The notes: generated by a model not told the origin, from the letters alone. Shown: positions 1 through 13,245, numbered from the stretch's first letter. The stretch: DNA of 60,000 nt from Camelus dromedarius (GCF_036321535.1 NC_087436.1:45014001-45074000); one strand, 5' to 3'. Program-made: numbers and translations.

Positions 1-199
1 CACGGATGTTATTTACACTGTAACTCTCCCTGTTCCTTGATCTTCCTCCTGTACCTCCCTGCAGTAAAACTCACTCTGTGGCCAATCCAGAATGGCTTCA
101 TTCTGAAAGCATGAATTCCAGTAGCCTGCTCGGATCATAGGCTTCTCTTTTCCAGTTCCTGCAACACTTGCACTTTGAACTTATCAAACCCCCAAATCT

Positions 200-1750
200 C
201 CTAACTTTCTATTTGATTCATAGCCTTTGCCTCCTGGTTTTATTCCCTACCGTACCAAGACTTCCCCATTCCTCACCTCAGTGACTCTCACCCGGCTCAT
301 GGATATTCTGACCTTGGATCCACTCAATCATCTACCTTCTCCATTGTATAATTAGTTGGGAAAAAAATCAAAACAACCTTTGGGTGAACACCACTACTTT
401 GAGGTATTAAATCTTAAAAAAGAAACTTTCAGTAGTTAATGGCAATCACTGTTTACACGTCTCTGGTAAGTTCTCTCTCCTTTTCCTAGGATTCTAGAAT
501 TTCTTGACTCTCCTCAAATCCTCTTTCATATCTTTCCTCCTGTTGTATCCAGGAGATGAAATAGCCCCTCACTTCAGAGAGGAAAAAGAAGCCATGAGCA
601 ATAAACTCCCTCAAATGGATGCCCTCCCTCCAACCTACAGTTAACTGCCTCAAGAACCAGCTTTCCATTACACTCTTCCTTTTGTCCAAGCCTACCTTTT
701 CAGGAGACCTCCACTTCCTCCCTGCTGTGGTGAAGAGCTGCCATGGTTTCTGTTTCCCAGCTCTCACAGCTTTTCACGGTGATGCTGGGCTTGATCATGG
801 GACACACAGTAGCCAATGGGACAACAGCAAACGGATATAAACTGAGCTTTCAGAAAGAGCTGGTGCATTGAAGTCTGCCTTTTCTTGCTGCTCCTGGGAA
901 ACCTAAGACCATGACTACGTGAGTAATCTCTGTCTAGCTTCCTTAAAAGTAGTCAAACCTTAGGCTACCCTTAGGATGATGAAAGACATATGGCTTGGCC
1001 ATTGCCCCCACTGAGACTGAGCCAACTGCCTGATCTAAGAGGCCATTCTCCACTCAGGCAAGCTACCACCTGACCTCAGAGATCATCCCAGCCAGCTCAA
1101 ACCAAAAGAACTGCCCAGCCAAACCATACATTTTTTGAGAAATAATAAACACATATTGATGTTAGCCACAAAGTTTGGGGGTGATTTGTTATGCAGCAAA
1201 TGCTAACTGACCCTTGCTCCTCTGATTCCTGTGTGGTCCACCTTTCCACTGGCTTCTTTCCTCATTGTACAAACACCCTGAGGTTTCTCCCAACTTTAAC
1301 AACCACTTTTGCTCCCATGTGCAAGCTGCTTCAACACCAAACTTTTCCAAAGAGTTTGTTTTCATTACTTGCTACTCAAACCTTAACATTGAAATCTGAC
1401 TTTTGCAGCCACCATGCCAATGAACTTGCTAACTCTAGTGAACACTCTTCAGTGTTTATTCTATTTGATCCTTTTTTTCCACATATGTATATTTGCAATA
1501 TTGGAGTATCTGTTTATAATAGCCTCACTCCCTTATCCTCCTGAAAATTCCTAGTCATACTTTAGGACTCAATTCCAGTATTATTAACCCCTTTTACAAA
1601 TTTCACAGACTCCTTTCTCTGGGTTACCAGAAGGCACAAGTCTCCTTTTACTTGTCACGTGTATTATTACATCTTTGTTTGCTTGTCAGCCTTGCATTAG
1701 ATTTTTTGATCCTTAAAGCACAGCATTTAGCATGTAGAGGAAGTCAATAA
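200..1750 (+). mobile_element. Degraded L2 LINE, interrupted by an MLT1 LTR
   Basis: Pyrimidine-rich L2-like body (e.g. ctcacttcagagaggaaaaagaagccatgagc). It ends in an L2-type 3' tail 'cacagcatttagcatgtagaggaagtcaataac' near 1720-1750. Boundaries approximate. Confidence 0.5.
760..1211 (+). mobile_element. MLT1-family (MaLR) solo LTR
   Basis: Typical MLT1 3' end: 'aagaactgcccagccaaacc...aaataataaac...gttagccacaaagtttggggtgatttgttatgcagcaaatgctaactgac'. 5' boundary approximate. Confidence 0.75.
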
Positions 1751-1814
1751 CTGGTGGGCTTTTTGCTTCCATTCTTTAACAATCAAAATTCAAAATCTCC
1801 CCAACAAAAAATAA

Positions 1815-2420
1815 GAAAAATGAAATTTAACAGAGGTAAATGTAAAGGCCTCAATTTAGTTCAAAAACATTCATTTCCGTGCATATTCTGCTAGACTTTT
1901 ATTTTAGAGATAGTGTAAGTGGACAAAGACTATGGAGATTATTTGACTTTGAGTTCAAATTTATTCAAAAATATGACGATAGATATTTTTAAGTAGTAAA
2001 AATTTAGGCTAACATAATGAAAGCATTGTACCCCTACTCAGGAGAAGTTATCATACATTGCAAAATTACGTCTGTTCACTTTCTGAAAGCCACTTCTCTC
2101 AGAGATATCAACAGATAGGGCTCTGAACACCATGTAATTCAGGGAGAGGTGAAACAAATAGAGAGTGTCTATCTTGGTAAAGAGAAGAGACATGATGGCA
2201 GTTATTAAAACGTGAAGGGCTAGTGCCTGGAGGCAGCAGTAAGTACCCGTCCCTTGAAAGAACAGAATTAGGACCCACAAGAAGATACAGAAAGGGAAAT
2301 CTCCTTCAATAGAAAGATAACTTATTTACCAATTAAAAATAGTTCCAGAATCAAGTTGGCTGCCTCACCATGAAGAGAGCCCTCACTCATCAGATAACAT
2401 GTCCAGTGGAGACTAACTAG
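1815..2420 (+). mobile_element. L3/CR1 LINE remnant
   Basis: CR1-like motifs 'gaaatttaacagaggtaaatgtaaaggcctcaattta', 'gacatgatggcagttattaaaacgtgaagggc' and 'ttcaatagaaagataacttatttaccaatt'. Confidence 0.55.
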
Positions 2421-2632
2421 CCATCTGTCGGCCTCTGTGATCCCTTCCAGACATGGTTTTTCACACTTGGAAGATTTTGCTGGCGTACAATTCCGTAGTT
2501 TAGCTGTGTCATGCAATAGCTTATTTACAGGAGGGTTTTCTTGTTGGTATTGTTGTTTTTATTCACTTTCTACGCCTCTGACTTATTTTGCCTCCTGTAG
2601 GGCGGCACTGAATCTATTTGTATAGCACTTAC

Positions 2633-2739
2633 TGGAGCTGCACCGCAGTATCTCTTTGGAACACTATCCTCCGAAACGTTTTGAAGTTGTGCCAGCTGAG
2701 GCTGTAGTCATCACTGTCACTTCCTTCTAGTGCTTTCAT
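2633..2739 (-). CDS. Candidate alternative first coding exon (MKALEGSDSDDYSLSWHNFKTFRRIVFQRDTAVQL, ends phase 2) of an unidentified host gene
   Basis: ATG at 2739 with A at -3, then 35 open codons plus 2 nt and a consensus donor CCA|GTAAGT. Lies in unique, non-repeat sequence. No homology recognised. Confidence 0.45.
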
Positions 2740-4399
2740 TCTATCTCTGCTCTTGGAACAGTCCCAGCAGAGGCAAAGCCGACTTCTTTTACAAACAAAA
2801 TCAACATCATGCTCTCTCTTGATCCAACACAACAAAACAAGAGGTGGCTATAACTCCAGAGCTACTGTTTCCAATATTAGTGTGCTTGTCAGCAGTGTTT
2901 CCTTCCCAGTGACTCTGAAAAACCCTTGCTGTACCATAACTCCATTAGGCCACTGGTTACGTTCTTCGAATGGCAAGCCTTCGTTCTCTGCTGTCTCTTT
3001 CAGAGGAGAAGGGAGGCGTGAGAGAAAATATGGTTTTGACCCACATAGAGACAACGTGGCTTCTCCCTCAGACAGAAAAGAATGATGGTGAAATTAGGGC
3101 AAGGGTGAAAACACTCGTTAGACTAAGAACAAGCAGGCAACCCAATGGACTGACTTCAGTTTCATTTTCTTTCTGTAACCCTACCCATGCCCTGTGGAAG
3201 GACTAATACTCCATGAAATGTAAAGCCACTGCATTATCTTGGTAGATGTGTGAAATAAAGATGTGTGTGTGCATGCGCGTGGGGGGGGGGGTGTGACTAA
3301 AGCATGATAAATCGGAAGAAACAACTTTCCTGCACAATGAATTGTAATGATGCTATGCTAGTAAAAATGTCATTCATTCTTTTAGATTTCCTTTTGGCCT
3401 CTTAGGAAATCTTAGACAAATTAGTTCTTGAGGTTCCACTCCAAGTGTCCATATTATTTTAGGTTTCCCGACAAGTGTGCTAAGCATTTCATGGCTTCTT
3501 AAATATCAGAAGTTGTACTAGGACAACATGGAGCTGCCAAAGAACTGAAGAGTAAAGGTGGCAGAAGACAAGAGCAGTTAGGACAGAAGGTACTTTGACA
3601 TTTCAGGTTGAAATGTACAGATTGTTATAACCTTGAGGGTACGAACCGTATCTACTCATCTTTAGACAGTCCAGAGTCCAGGTCCTCCACACTGTTTTCC
3701 AGAATGTGTGTTTATTCAATTCAGAAAGGTTTGATCTCCACCACAAAAAGAGCAGGGGATTTCAAATTTTTTTCCATGGAATTCATAGTTGCTAGGGATT
3801 CTTAAGGGTTCTGCTTTTAAAATCTACAGTTCTGCCCGATGAGGCTATTGGTGATTCAGAGCAGAGATAGAAGTCATCAAATATGCCAGAAATAATATTT
3901 AAACCGTATGCAGTTATTTAAAGGATCTTCAAATTGTGCAGCTGTAAAGTCTGGACTGTGCACTTTAAGATCTGCGAGAGTCTGGGTATTAGAGAGCCAT
4001 TTGGAGTTATCACTAAGGATAAGGTGCAAGCCTGCTTTCTACAAATCACTCACAAGCAAGCAACTGGTTCCAAACTTGTTGAAATTGTCTCTTAGAAACA
4101 ATTAAGCATAGAAGCACATTAGTAAAAGCTTCCTCACAACTGAAAGAAATCCCCTTCCCTGCTGCTGCTATTGATCCAAGGAACTTAGAAAATACTGAAA
4201 CATTGATTCAAGCCTCATTTCAGGTTAGATATCATAGTAAGAAATGACTAATGGGTCACGGGACTTTCTATCATAACATACAGCACGCACCTTCAGGCAG
4301 TCCATACGCTTCAGTGTAACCCTCTTCTGATCACTATTGTTCCTACTCATCAAGGGCCTACAGTGTGTGAGGACCAGATCCTACCCCTATCAGTTTGTC

Positions 4400-4580
4400 T
4401 GCTCATTCATTCTTCCCTGGGTGCAGTAAATATTTATTGAGAGTCTGCCAGAGTAAAACATTGTACTCAGGGCTGATGCTACTGCTGTGTCTGACATAAA
4501 AGACGTTCCTGCCATTAAAAAGCTAACATTTGATCTGAAGGAAAAAGCATTGAACCATATACTAAGCAATTAATTATTTA
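4400..4580 (-). mobile_element. L2 3' end
   Basis: 'ctcattcattc...aaatatttattgagagtctgcc...' is the reverse complement of the L2 tail. Confidence 0.6.
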
Positions 4581-4957
4581 ATTTTAGGAAGATGAGTTCT
4601 GTAAAGGAAAGTGAGAGCTAAAACCCACAGGACTGACTGTGTCTGGGGGATCTGTAAGGGCTTTTCTGTTGAATGTTTTTCCTGAGGCCTGAAGTATGAC
4701 AGTAATTCGGAATTTATTTCTGCTGTTGGGGCTGAGATAAGAAAAGGGTAACTTGTTCTGAGTCCTCCTTTTTAAGACTGGAATTTTCAAGTTAGAGGAA
4801 AATGTTCTATAATTCTTCCTAATCCCTCCTTCTATGATTCTAACTGGAACTTTTTTCTCTCTTCATTCCAAGATGATGGAAAGAGAAACTAGCAGCAGAA
4901 GACATTTAGGAAGATAATTATTTCAATTCTGTTTTTAAATTGATGAACTAATAACGA

Positions 4958-5065
4958 TTTTTTTTATTGACGTATAGTCAGTTACAATGTATCAATTTCT
5001 GTTGTACAGCACAATGTCCCAGTCATACCTGTACATACATATAATCATTTTCATATTCTTTTTCA
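4958..5065 (-). mobile_element. Camelid-type L1 3' terminal fragment
   Basis: Poly-T then 'attgacgtatagtcagttacaatgtatcaatttctgttgtacagcacaatg...tcatattcttttt', the reverse complement of the L1 3' UTR seen at 7540-7645 and 54560-54660. Confidence 0.85.
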
Positions 5066-5099
5066 GATAACTATCTTATTATAGTGCCAGATATAAAAC

Positions 5100-5452
5100 A
5101 TGGGAGTTTTAGCAGCAGGCCAGAATAGCCATGCAAAGGCTGGCAAGTTCCCCAGGAAGTTGGTATGTAATATGGTGACGATTCCAATGAGAGCCTAAAC
5201 TGGGATACAGACAAGCCTGGGCCTCTGTGTGACCTGGGGATGGGCCTCCAGAGCAGAAGAACATAAGCTGCTAGTTCCGGGTTTCACATGGGACAATCTC
5301 TGGGGATAACCAGAAATAACCAAGTGCAGTTTAGGGGAGGGGTGTAAGGTCCTTATGCAGCAGGCCAAGAAAGCACAATAAATTAGGGGTATTAGCATTA
5401 AGGGGCCCATGGGCCCCCACATGCAGCGGTGGCATGCGGCATCTTGGGTTAC
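5100..5452 (-). mobile_element. Possible old ERVL-class LTR fragment
   Basis: GC-richer block starting TGTAAC on the minus strand (plus 'gggttaca' near 5445-5452). Family not identified. Confidence 0.3.
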
Positions 5453-5464
5453 AATAGGCAAGTT

Positions 5465-5760
5465 AGGAACTGGTCCAGAGTCCAGGCTCTGGAATCTGAA
5501 ATCACATTGCTTGGACCCATGCCTTTATTAGCTGGATGACCTGGAGCAAGTTCATTTACTTCTCTAAACCTAACTTGGTTCATCTGTAAAATAAAGATAA
5601 CAGTAACTGTGAGGCATAGGGTTGACACAGGGATTAGTGAAATTATATGTCAGAAAGCTAAAGTTTAAACGTATACAATGTTGTATGTCCATTATATCTC
5701 AATTTTCTTTAAAGGTTCAAACAGTATCTAACACTTTATTTGTTATTACTATTAGCATTA
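5465..5760 (+). mobile_element. MIR SINE containing a short old L1 tail (about 5660-5712)
   Basis: MIR core 'tagctggatgacctggagcaagttcatttacttctctaaacc...catctgtaaaataaagataacagta'. Inserted 'tatacaatgttgtatgtccattatatctcaatttt' resembles an L1M 3' end. Confidence 0.7.
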
Positions 5761-5899
5761 TTTTTTTTATTATTGGCAACTTGCCAGGATTTTCTGGACT
5801 TCTGAAAATACAAAATAAAATAAAACCTCCAAGTTTTGTACCTGGCATCTCCCACTGCCTTGTTTTTTTTTTTTTTTTTTTTTTGACAAAGCCACCAGT

Positions 5900-6440
5900 T
5901 TCAGGCTAAATTGCAAATAATATGTCACTTTCCTGATCAAAATTCATCAAGGTTCCTTATGACTTCCTTCTTTGCAGGACATGAAAGGCCCTTTTAAATG
6001 CCAGTTTCAACTCACTTGCCTCTCACTCTCTTTCAAGCCATCTATATTCCAACCATGTCAGCAAATTTACCATTTCCCAAATGAACTCTACAATTTCAAG
6101 CTTCCATGCTTGGGCGTATGCTGTTACTCCTGCCTATAGGGCTACTTTTCTCTCTACGCTTCCCCCAAACCTGCAGTCCAGCTTAGCAAATTTCTGCTTC
6201 TTCATCAATGGTTTGTCCATCCACCACACTGTCTGCGTAGCCCTCTCTGTAACTTCCAAAGTTAATTACCCACTGCCCTCGCCCGACTTAGCATTTTAAA
6301 TCTGCTAGCCCCGACTTCATCAATGTTAGAGACTATTCTGTACATGTCCATCACCCCTACTAGACATAAAATTCTGGATATAGAGGATCTAATGTTAGTG
6401 TTTGATAATATTTTCTAAAACGTATGTTTAGGTTCTCATG
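5900..6440 (+). mobile_element. Degraded L2 LINE
   Basis: L2-like segments 'cttccatgcttgggcgtatgctgttactcctgcctatagggc' and 'tgtccatcacccctactagacataaaattctgg'. Confidence 0.5.
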
Positions 6441-6924
6441 TAGGGAGCTTTCATGTCATCCTATTTGAAGTTAACACGCAAGCCCTACAACCATAGCAAC
6501 CTTCAAGAGCATGAAATTGCCTTATTTGAACTATTTCTGGACTCAAAGAATATCATTGATAAAATGAAATTAGGAATTCTAGAGCTTTTCCCTAATTTGA
6601 AGAGCTTATGGATTGTGGCAATTTACAAAGCTAAGGCAGGCAAAGGAAAACAAAGGTCTCACTTCCAAGAATTAGATCCTAGTACAAATATAGTTTGTGT
6701 TTTATAAACTGCAAAGAATTACACAAACGAGGATTTACCTATCATCATCTCACAGTAGCAGATAAGAATCTCAGGCAAGTAAAGGCAGGACATTTAGGAG
6801 AATGGTTCTTTTGGATCAAAAGCAAAAAGCAGACCCCCAGACTTCTTTATGCTGGAGGCCACCCGTTCCAGGAATTCCCAAATGAAGTGGAACTCTCCAC
6901 ATCTCCAGTTTGGTGCAATCAACT

Positions 6925-7050
6925 GCATTCCTTCATTCATTCAGCAAATATTTACTGGGCCCCTCTTCTGTTCCAGTCTCTGTTTTTAGGTCTTGCAGAT
7001 ACTGCAGTAAACAAAACAAAGTCTCTGCCATCAAGAAGCCTATACTTGTG
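6925..7050 (-). mobile_element. L2 3' end
   Basis: 'ttcattcattcagcaaatatttactgggccc...gatactgcagtaaacaaaacaaagtctctgcc'. Confidence 0.75.
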
Positions 7051-7276
7051 TGATTTTATGTAAGGAGGAAACATTAAGATTGTGGCATAGTTTTCTCTTA
7101 AGACAATTTCCTTCCTCACACCAAAAATGGATCATTTTACTAATATAGATGATCCTTTTTACCTTGACCATCTAGGTCCAATATGGTAAGATCATAAAAA
7201 GCCAGTTCTTAAGAAATTGCATTGATACAGTGGAAAGGGAGGAGTGCTAAAAGGCTTGGCAGACATCTCGATTTCA

Positions 7277-7663
7277 CATAGAATGAGAAAGAGAAAAAAA
7301 TACCACACAATATCATTTATATGTGGAATCTGAAAAAAAAGACAAACGAACTTATTTACAAAACAGAAACAGACTCACAGACATAGAAAACAAACTTATG
7401 GTTACCAGGGGGGTGAAGGGAGTGGGAAGGGATAAATTGGGAGTTCAAGATATGCAGATATTAACTACTATATATAAAGCAGGTAAATAAATTCATATTG
7501 TATAGCTTAGAGAAACATATTCAATATCTTGTAATAACTTACGGTGAAAAAGAATATGAAAACGAATATATGTATGTTCATGTATGACTGAAGAATTGTG
7601 CTGAAATTGACACAACATTGTAAACTGACTACACTTCAATAAAATATATATATACAGAAAAAA
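7277..7663 (+). mobile_element. 5'-truncated camelid-type L1 (ORF2 end plus 3' UTR) with target-site duplication
   Basis: Close similarity to 54300-54660. AATAAA and A-rich tail. TSD atctcgatttca (7265-7276) / atctcaatttca (7664-7675). Confidence 0.92.
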
Positions 7664-9572
7664 ATCTCAATTTCAGAAACACTTGGATCCTTCTATATGT
7701 TAATGAAGTTTTATGTCAAGCTCTTCCTCATCTCTCTCCTTGATTTATTTCTACTGAATCTTGAAACAAGAAATTCATCACAAAGTTAGCCATATGCTTA
7801 TGTTAAGGGAACAGGACAGTAACCTAAAATGTTCACATTCTAACTAGCCATCAGTAACTGTGTGATTCTTTTTATGAACTTATTTTGGTTGTAAACATTT
7901 TCTATTCTTCAGAATGATCATAAGTAATAGTTTGTTTGCATTTGTTGTCTTTTTTTAAAATTACAGCTGCTTTAAACTTTCTGATTTTTAAATGATAACC
8001 TAAAATTGCAGGCTTTTTAAGGTACAATTAATTTTGAATTTTTACATTTTCCTTAGTTTGTTATAGAAATTCACCTATGACATGAAAGCATAAACTTTAT
8101 AGAAACTATTTACAAAGGAGATTAAAGGTGAATTACGAGGAATTGAATTATGACTGGAGGAAACATACTAAAACCGTTAAATATTTCCTGTTAAAATAAT
8201 AAAGTACACAAGATTATTGGGATATAAAAACACAGTTCTGAAATTTATTTTGAGTGCTACTCATCTTTCCCTATACAATTTAGTACAGGAATATATATGA
8301 ATTCCAAGTGTTTATACCACAGTTTTGTTTTATAATGGCAACATCCACAAAATGCTATCACAAAAATACTAACATTCTTAGTTCAAAGAATTTTACACAT
8401 TGAGGAAAACCAGTTGAGCAATTTATCAGGCATGTTAAGAGGCACTTTACTTTTTCCTTATGTGAGAACTATTTGGTGTTATCCCAATTTAATTATTATG
8501 TTACCTAAGGGCAGTAGAGAACTTCTGAAAAAGTAAAAGGAAATTAAAAGGGCAATAGAGTAATTGTGTGGCATACCCTTCTAAAAAGAACTGCTGTAAA
8601 AAAGCAGTTAACATTTCAGAAGATCCATTTAGATTTTAAAATAAACAAAAAGGCAAAAATCCAAGTGAAATAGATTACCAAAAATAGGAAAATTTTTAAA
8701 AAAACATTTAATTACTCAACTATTTTCAGTAAGTTTCTGTAGACTCAAAACTTTTATTTCAGATAAGTTTAGCCATCTAGAAATAAGACTTCTGACTAAA
8801 CTGTATTTTTAATGGAATGTAAATCACATTAGCACTCTGTTCTTTTCAGATCTGGGAAATCATAAAGGAGATTTATTCTACCAATAAAAAATAAAAATAT
8901 ATTTGTATGTATATATATTTTTGTATGTACATATCTCCTACTTTAAAACATTACTTTATAACATATTGGTTTCAAAATAACAATAATCCGAAAACTGCTT
9001 AATTCAATGAATTTATTTTTGCCCTGAGATCTGTTTATGTTCAGGGTAAATATCAGATACCATTTGAATAATAAAAATAATAATAGAGATTTTTCAGTAT
9101 GGAATGTTAATAATTATATTACAAATATGTTACCCAAAATAAATGTATGAATAACACTAGCAAAGAAAATAGCACAAATTTGAATCTTAGAAATTCACAT
9201 TTTCTTGAATTTGTGTTCTTAACGTATTAAAACTATCATGTGTGGCAACAATTTATAATTCTTTTAGATTCTTATTTATTCCTTATTATATTCATTATTG
9301 ACTGCTGTACTATTATAATCGGGTTAATATCAAGTTTATCTGAAATATGAAAGGTATTATGTATGTAACTGTACCTTGGATTTATTTTCCTTTTAATTAA
9401 CATCTCATAATTTTTTCTCATCTTATAAAGTTTTGAATTATATTAATATTTTATATGCAATTTCTTTTTATTGAGGCAGAGAAAACTGATAAATTACCAA
9501 TTATGAGAAAAAATATCCATGGGTCAAAATACAAAACTGAACATCAGGTCAGAAAAGAGTGACTATAAAGGC

Positions 9573-9764
9573 TAGCATTTCTAGATTTAGCAAATAAAAA
9601 TGCAGAACACCAAGTTAAATTTGATTTTCAAATGAGAGTTAAACATTTTTATCATAAGTATATCCCATGCAATATTTGGAACATACTTACACCAAAAGAT
9701 TACATATTGTTTATCTAAAATTTAAGTTTAACTGAGTGTCTTGAATTTTTATCTCTTCAGTCTA
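9573..9764. mobile_element. MER53 palindromic hAT MITE
   Basis: About 190-bp imperfect palindrome matching the recalled MER53 consensus (agatttagcaaataaaaat...gttaaatttga...ataagtatatccca/tggaacatactta...tttaactg...tttatct). 8-bp TSD ataaaggc (9565-9572) / atgaaggt (9765-9772). Confidence 0.85.
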
Positions 9765-10014
9765 ATGAAGGTGAATTTACAAGTATTAATGTATCATTTG
9801 TCACAGCTTCATTTGTTTTTCATCAACAGATTTCTATGTAACAAAGTCAAATTTTACACATTCAAGAGCTATGATTTTCTGCTAGTGTCAGGGAATATCC
9901 TCTTCTAAATTTACTCAATGTGTTTTTTTCCCTTTATTTAGGGATGAACCTCCTAAAAGGGACCAGTGAGCAGCATCTACACTTCCAGCATAGCAGCAAG
10001 AAATAAGAGAGAAT

Positions 10015-10262
10015 TTACTAACATGTATTCAGGACTTGTCATGTATAAGCCAGGAGGTGGGCTAAATCCTGTACATTTATTGTCCTCCTTTAATCCTAAC
10101 CATCCTCTGAGATGAGTGTTATTATTATCACCATTTCACAGATGAGGAAACTGAGCTAGGAAAAGCCAGGTAACTTGACTAAGGTTGCACAGCGAGTCAG
10201 CGGGAAAGCTGAACCTGAAACTCAGATCAGCCTGACTGTGTCAGTCCCTGCAATGCCACATT
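10015..10262 (-). mobile_element. MIR SINE
   Basis: 'attattatcaccatttcacagatgaggaaactgagc...aacttgactaaggttgcacagcgagt'. Confidence 0.85.
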
Positions 10263-11574
10263 GTCTCCTCTCCTGGTTAGGAAAGGGGCAGCCATATGTG
10301 CACCCCTTACCCCACCTGCACCATTCCTGCTCCCTTAAAGATGTGACATGTAGGCATGGCCAGGTCCCATATGACCTCGATTGGACGCACCTCACCTCTA
10401 CTACCTGAGGCCATAAGAAGGCATGCTGAGGATTCCCAAACACCCCTAAGATGGTGAATATGATATGAGAGCACAGGGAGAGGTGGACCAAGGGATTTCC
10501 CATTTGGCTCCAAACCAGACAGTTCATGTCCAGCATTCTTCTCTTTATCAGCAGACCCTCCTCTGAGAATACTTTATTCCTAATGATACTATTGACTCAC
10601 TTCTGTACTTGATGCAATGTCATATCTGATGCCTGGAATAGCTTCCTTGTCCATATGTTTATACTCTGAAGATCTAAAGATCAGGCCTTGAAGGAGCGCC
10701 CACAAAATCACTTTGTGTTCCATGCTCAGAAATCTCCGCAACACATCATGTGCTGGAAACTCATGAGTACACAATGAGGGGCCAACAGCCTGTGGCTGGA
10801 GTTGGCTCAGATGCCGTAAGATTGGAGCAAGGACATACCAGGCTTCCTAAGTACTTCACACAAGGCTGCCAGCGGATTAGCTGGATGTTCCTGTGCCAGG
10901 TTCTCTTAACAGGAACATGGCAAGATGTGGACACTAGTTGGTTCTCACAAGTATTTTGGGTGATATAAAAATACAACTGCAGGAAATTGAATTTCCCCTG
11001 AGAATTGGACACGTTCTTGTATATACAGTACATTTGATAGATTTTAATGTATAAAAAATTTTCTTTTATTATTGGCATGAAATTTTTTATGTATTCTGTT
11101 CTCCCCTCCATGCTACAAGGCTTCTATATGTACAATTAAAATTAGCATAGTTTTACACTCCCATTCTGTTTGCTCCATCTTGTAAGTTCATGGCCTTGTC
11201 CCATGACCATCTGCCTCAGCAGTGGCTTGTTTTCATCTCAACATCTCTTTCCACACACTTTATGTACATACACATGTATGTATGTGCATATATGATTATA
11301 CATATGTCAAAGGGGTTTAATTTCCATTTTCAGTCTAGGCTATAATTCCTGGATTGATTATACACTTACACAAAATTACAGATTTTTATAGCCCTCAGAC
11401 GCACACAGACCCCCCCCCCCTAGGTTCTATGGGCATCAAGGCACAGGTCTGAGAGTGGTTGGAAGATAGAAGGAAAGACAAAGAGAAATGAGAGTCTACA
11501 AGGGGCGGAGGGAGTGTATTCACCAGCCCCACTCTACCTCCGAATACCCTTTCTTAGCAACATCATAACCAGCT

Positions 11575-11730
11575 AATAATAAAAGTAGCCAAAAGACTCT
11601 GGTAACTGTGTGACTAACTCTTACAGAGCTTTTCCTCACTACCAGGCACTAGTCTAAGCCCTTAACAAATCCTAACACATTGGTCCTCCTTACAACTTTA
11701 TGACGTTATAATTCAACCCCATTTTATCCG
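11575..11730 (-). mobile_element. MIR fragment
   Basis: 'accaggcactagtctaagccctt...tcctccttacaactttatg...ccccatttta'. Confidence 0.55.
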
Positions 11731-12667
11731 CCTTAATCTTCCTACAAAGATTCTCAGCTAATCTAAAAAAAAAAAAAAACAAACAAAAAGGCTCATTTTC
11801 TTTTAAATTATTTCCAAAGCAAATATTTTGAAATACTCCTTTCCTCCCCACACCTCTGTGGGCCACCAGGAAGATAGAAAATCTGTGCCCTGTAGGTCCC
11901 TTCATCGAAGAGGTCCTTGGGAGGCCACTAAAATCACAGAATCTGCCTGTATGCTGTGGGTTGTCATCTGGGTACTGAATCTCACCTCCTAAATGGGCAT
12001 TCAGGACATGAAGGAGATCCTTCGCTACAGCAGCTATGCCAGTACTTCACCTGTCTGTACATAAGTACATAGTGGCATTTAGGGAGTCAAGAATGGCAAG
12101 CTTTTGGAATATGAAAATAACAAAATCCTTTTTAAAAAAAAAGAAATATTTGATCTGAAAACCAAAAAGAAATTAGTCTTGGTACATTATGATAGTGTTG
12201 ACTAATCTGTTGGTATTAATGTTTGACAATGTGATTTAATATTGACCAATAACAGGGCCATATGGAGAATAATGTTTTATATATATATATAATAAATTAC
12301 ATGCATTTCATAATTGGTTTGATTTCTCTCATGGTGCAATAAATACCAAGAACTGAAGTGGATTACGATATTTGACCTGCTAATACCATGTTGCCAGAAG
12401 TAATAACTGTAACTGTCAATATGCCTGTTAGATTTACCTTAGCATGACCATTAACACTTTGTCTCAGTTTTCAAGCTTTCTTTGTTAACTACTAGTTAGA
12501 CTTTGAGACCTTTCAACACAAGTAATTGTTACGATTTGCAAGTGATGATAGAACACGTCACTGATTTCCTCCTGTTACCCAAAGTAGTCTTACTTCAGAA
12601 TGAAGGTACGATTTTGCAAACTACCTGTTTCCACGATACATAAGTAAGAGGCTGGTAAAAGCATATA

Positions 12668-12770
12668 TACAATATTACATTATATTACATCATATATTAT
12701 ATTACATTATATATTGCACTACATTATGGATTATACTGCAGATTGTATTATATTATATTACATTATACTA
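12668..12770. repeat. Degenerate (TATTA/CATTA)n pentamer repeat
   Basis: 'atattacattatattacatcatatattatattacattatatattgcactacattat...tattatattatattacattatac'. Confidence 0.8.
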
Positions 12771-13039
12771 GCTACCAGGTTTTCTTTTCCTACGATACAT
12801 GATCTGTAGTTTATTTATTTAGGTCCTGAAGACTAACTACTCTGAATTATATTTTTCTAAGATTATAATTCAATGATTTGCATTTTGAATATCACTAAAT
12901 TCAAGAAGCACTTAGTTACAAGTGGCACTGAATTAAATGTTATGTTAATAGAAGTCTAATGGCATAATTTCTACCCAGCCAGAATGTTCTAGAGTGGACA
13001 ATCCTCATGAAGACCTATGAACCAAAATTAACGTGATCA

Positions 13040-13245
13040 AATAACATCTTAAGAGAAGGATAGATAACAATGTTCCAGGCTCTCTTCAAAGCATGTTACA
13101 CATAGTAAAGTATTTAATCCCACAACACAGTGAGGTTGGTACTATTCATTTCCCCATTTACAGAAAAAGAAATTAAAGCAAACATAGTAAATAGGAGAAG
13201 ATTTAAATCCTGGCATCCATGCTTTTAACCTTTACACTACTGCCT
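13040..13245 (-). mobile_element. MIR SINE
   Basis: 'tgttccaggctctcttcaaagc...tttaatcccacaacacagtgaggttggtactatt...ccccatttacagaaaaagaaattaaagc'. Confidence 0.75.

Noticed and set aside
2038..2060. Minus-strand 'MYDN' resembling the CACNB4 beta4a N-terminus
   Set aside because: It diverges after four residues, stops two codons later and lies inside an L3/CR1 remnant.
9941..9970. Plus-strand 24-nt microexon-like segment (ttag|GGATG...ACCA|gtgagc)
   Set aside because: Modest splice sites with no other plus-strand coding exons to support it.
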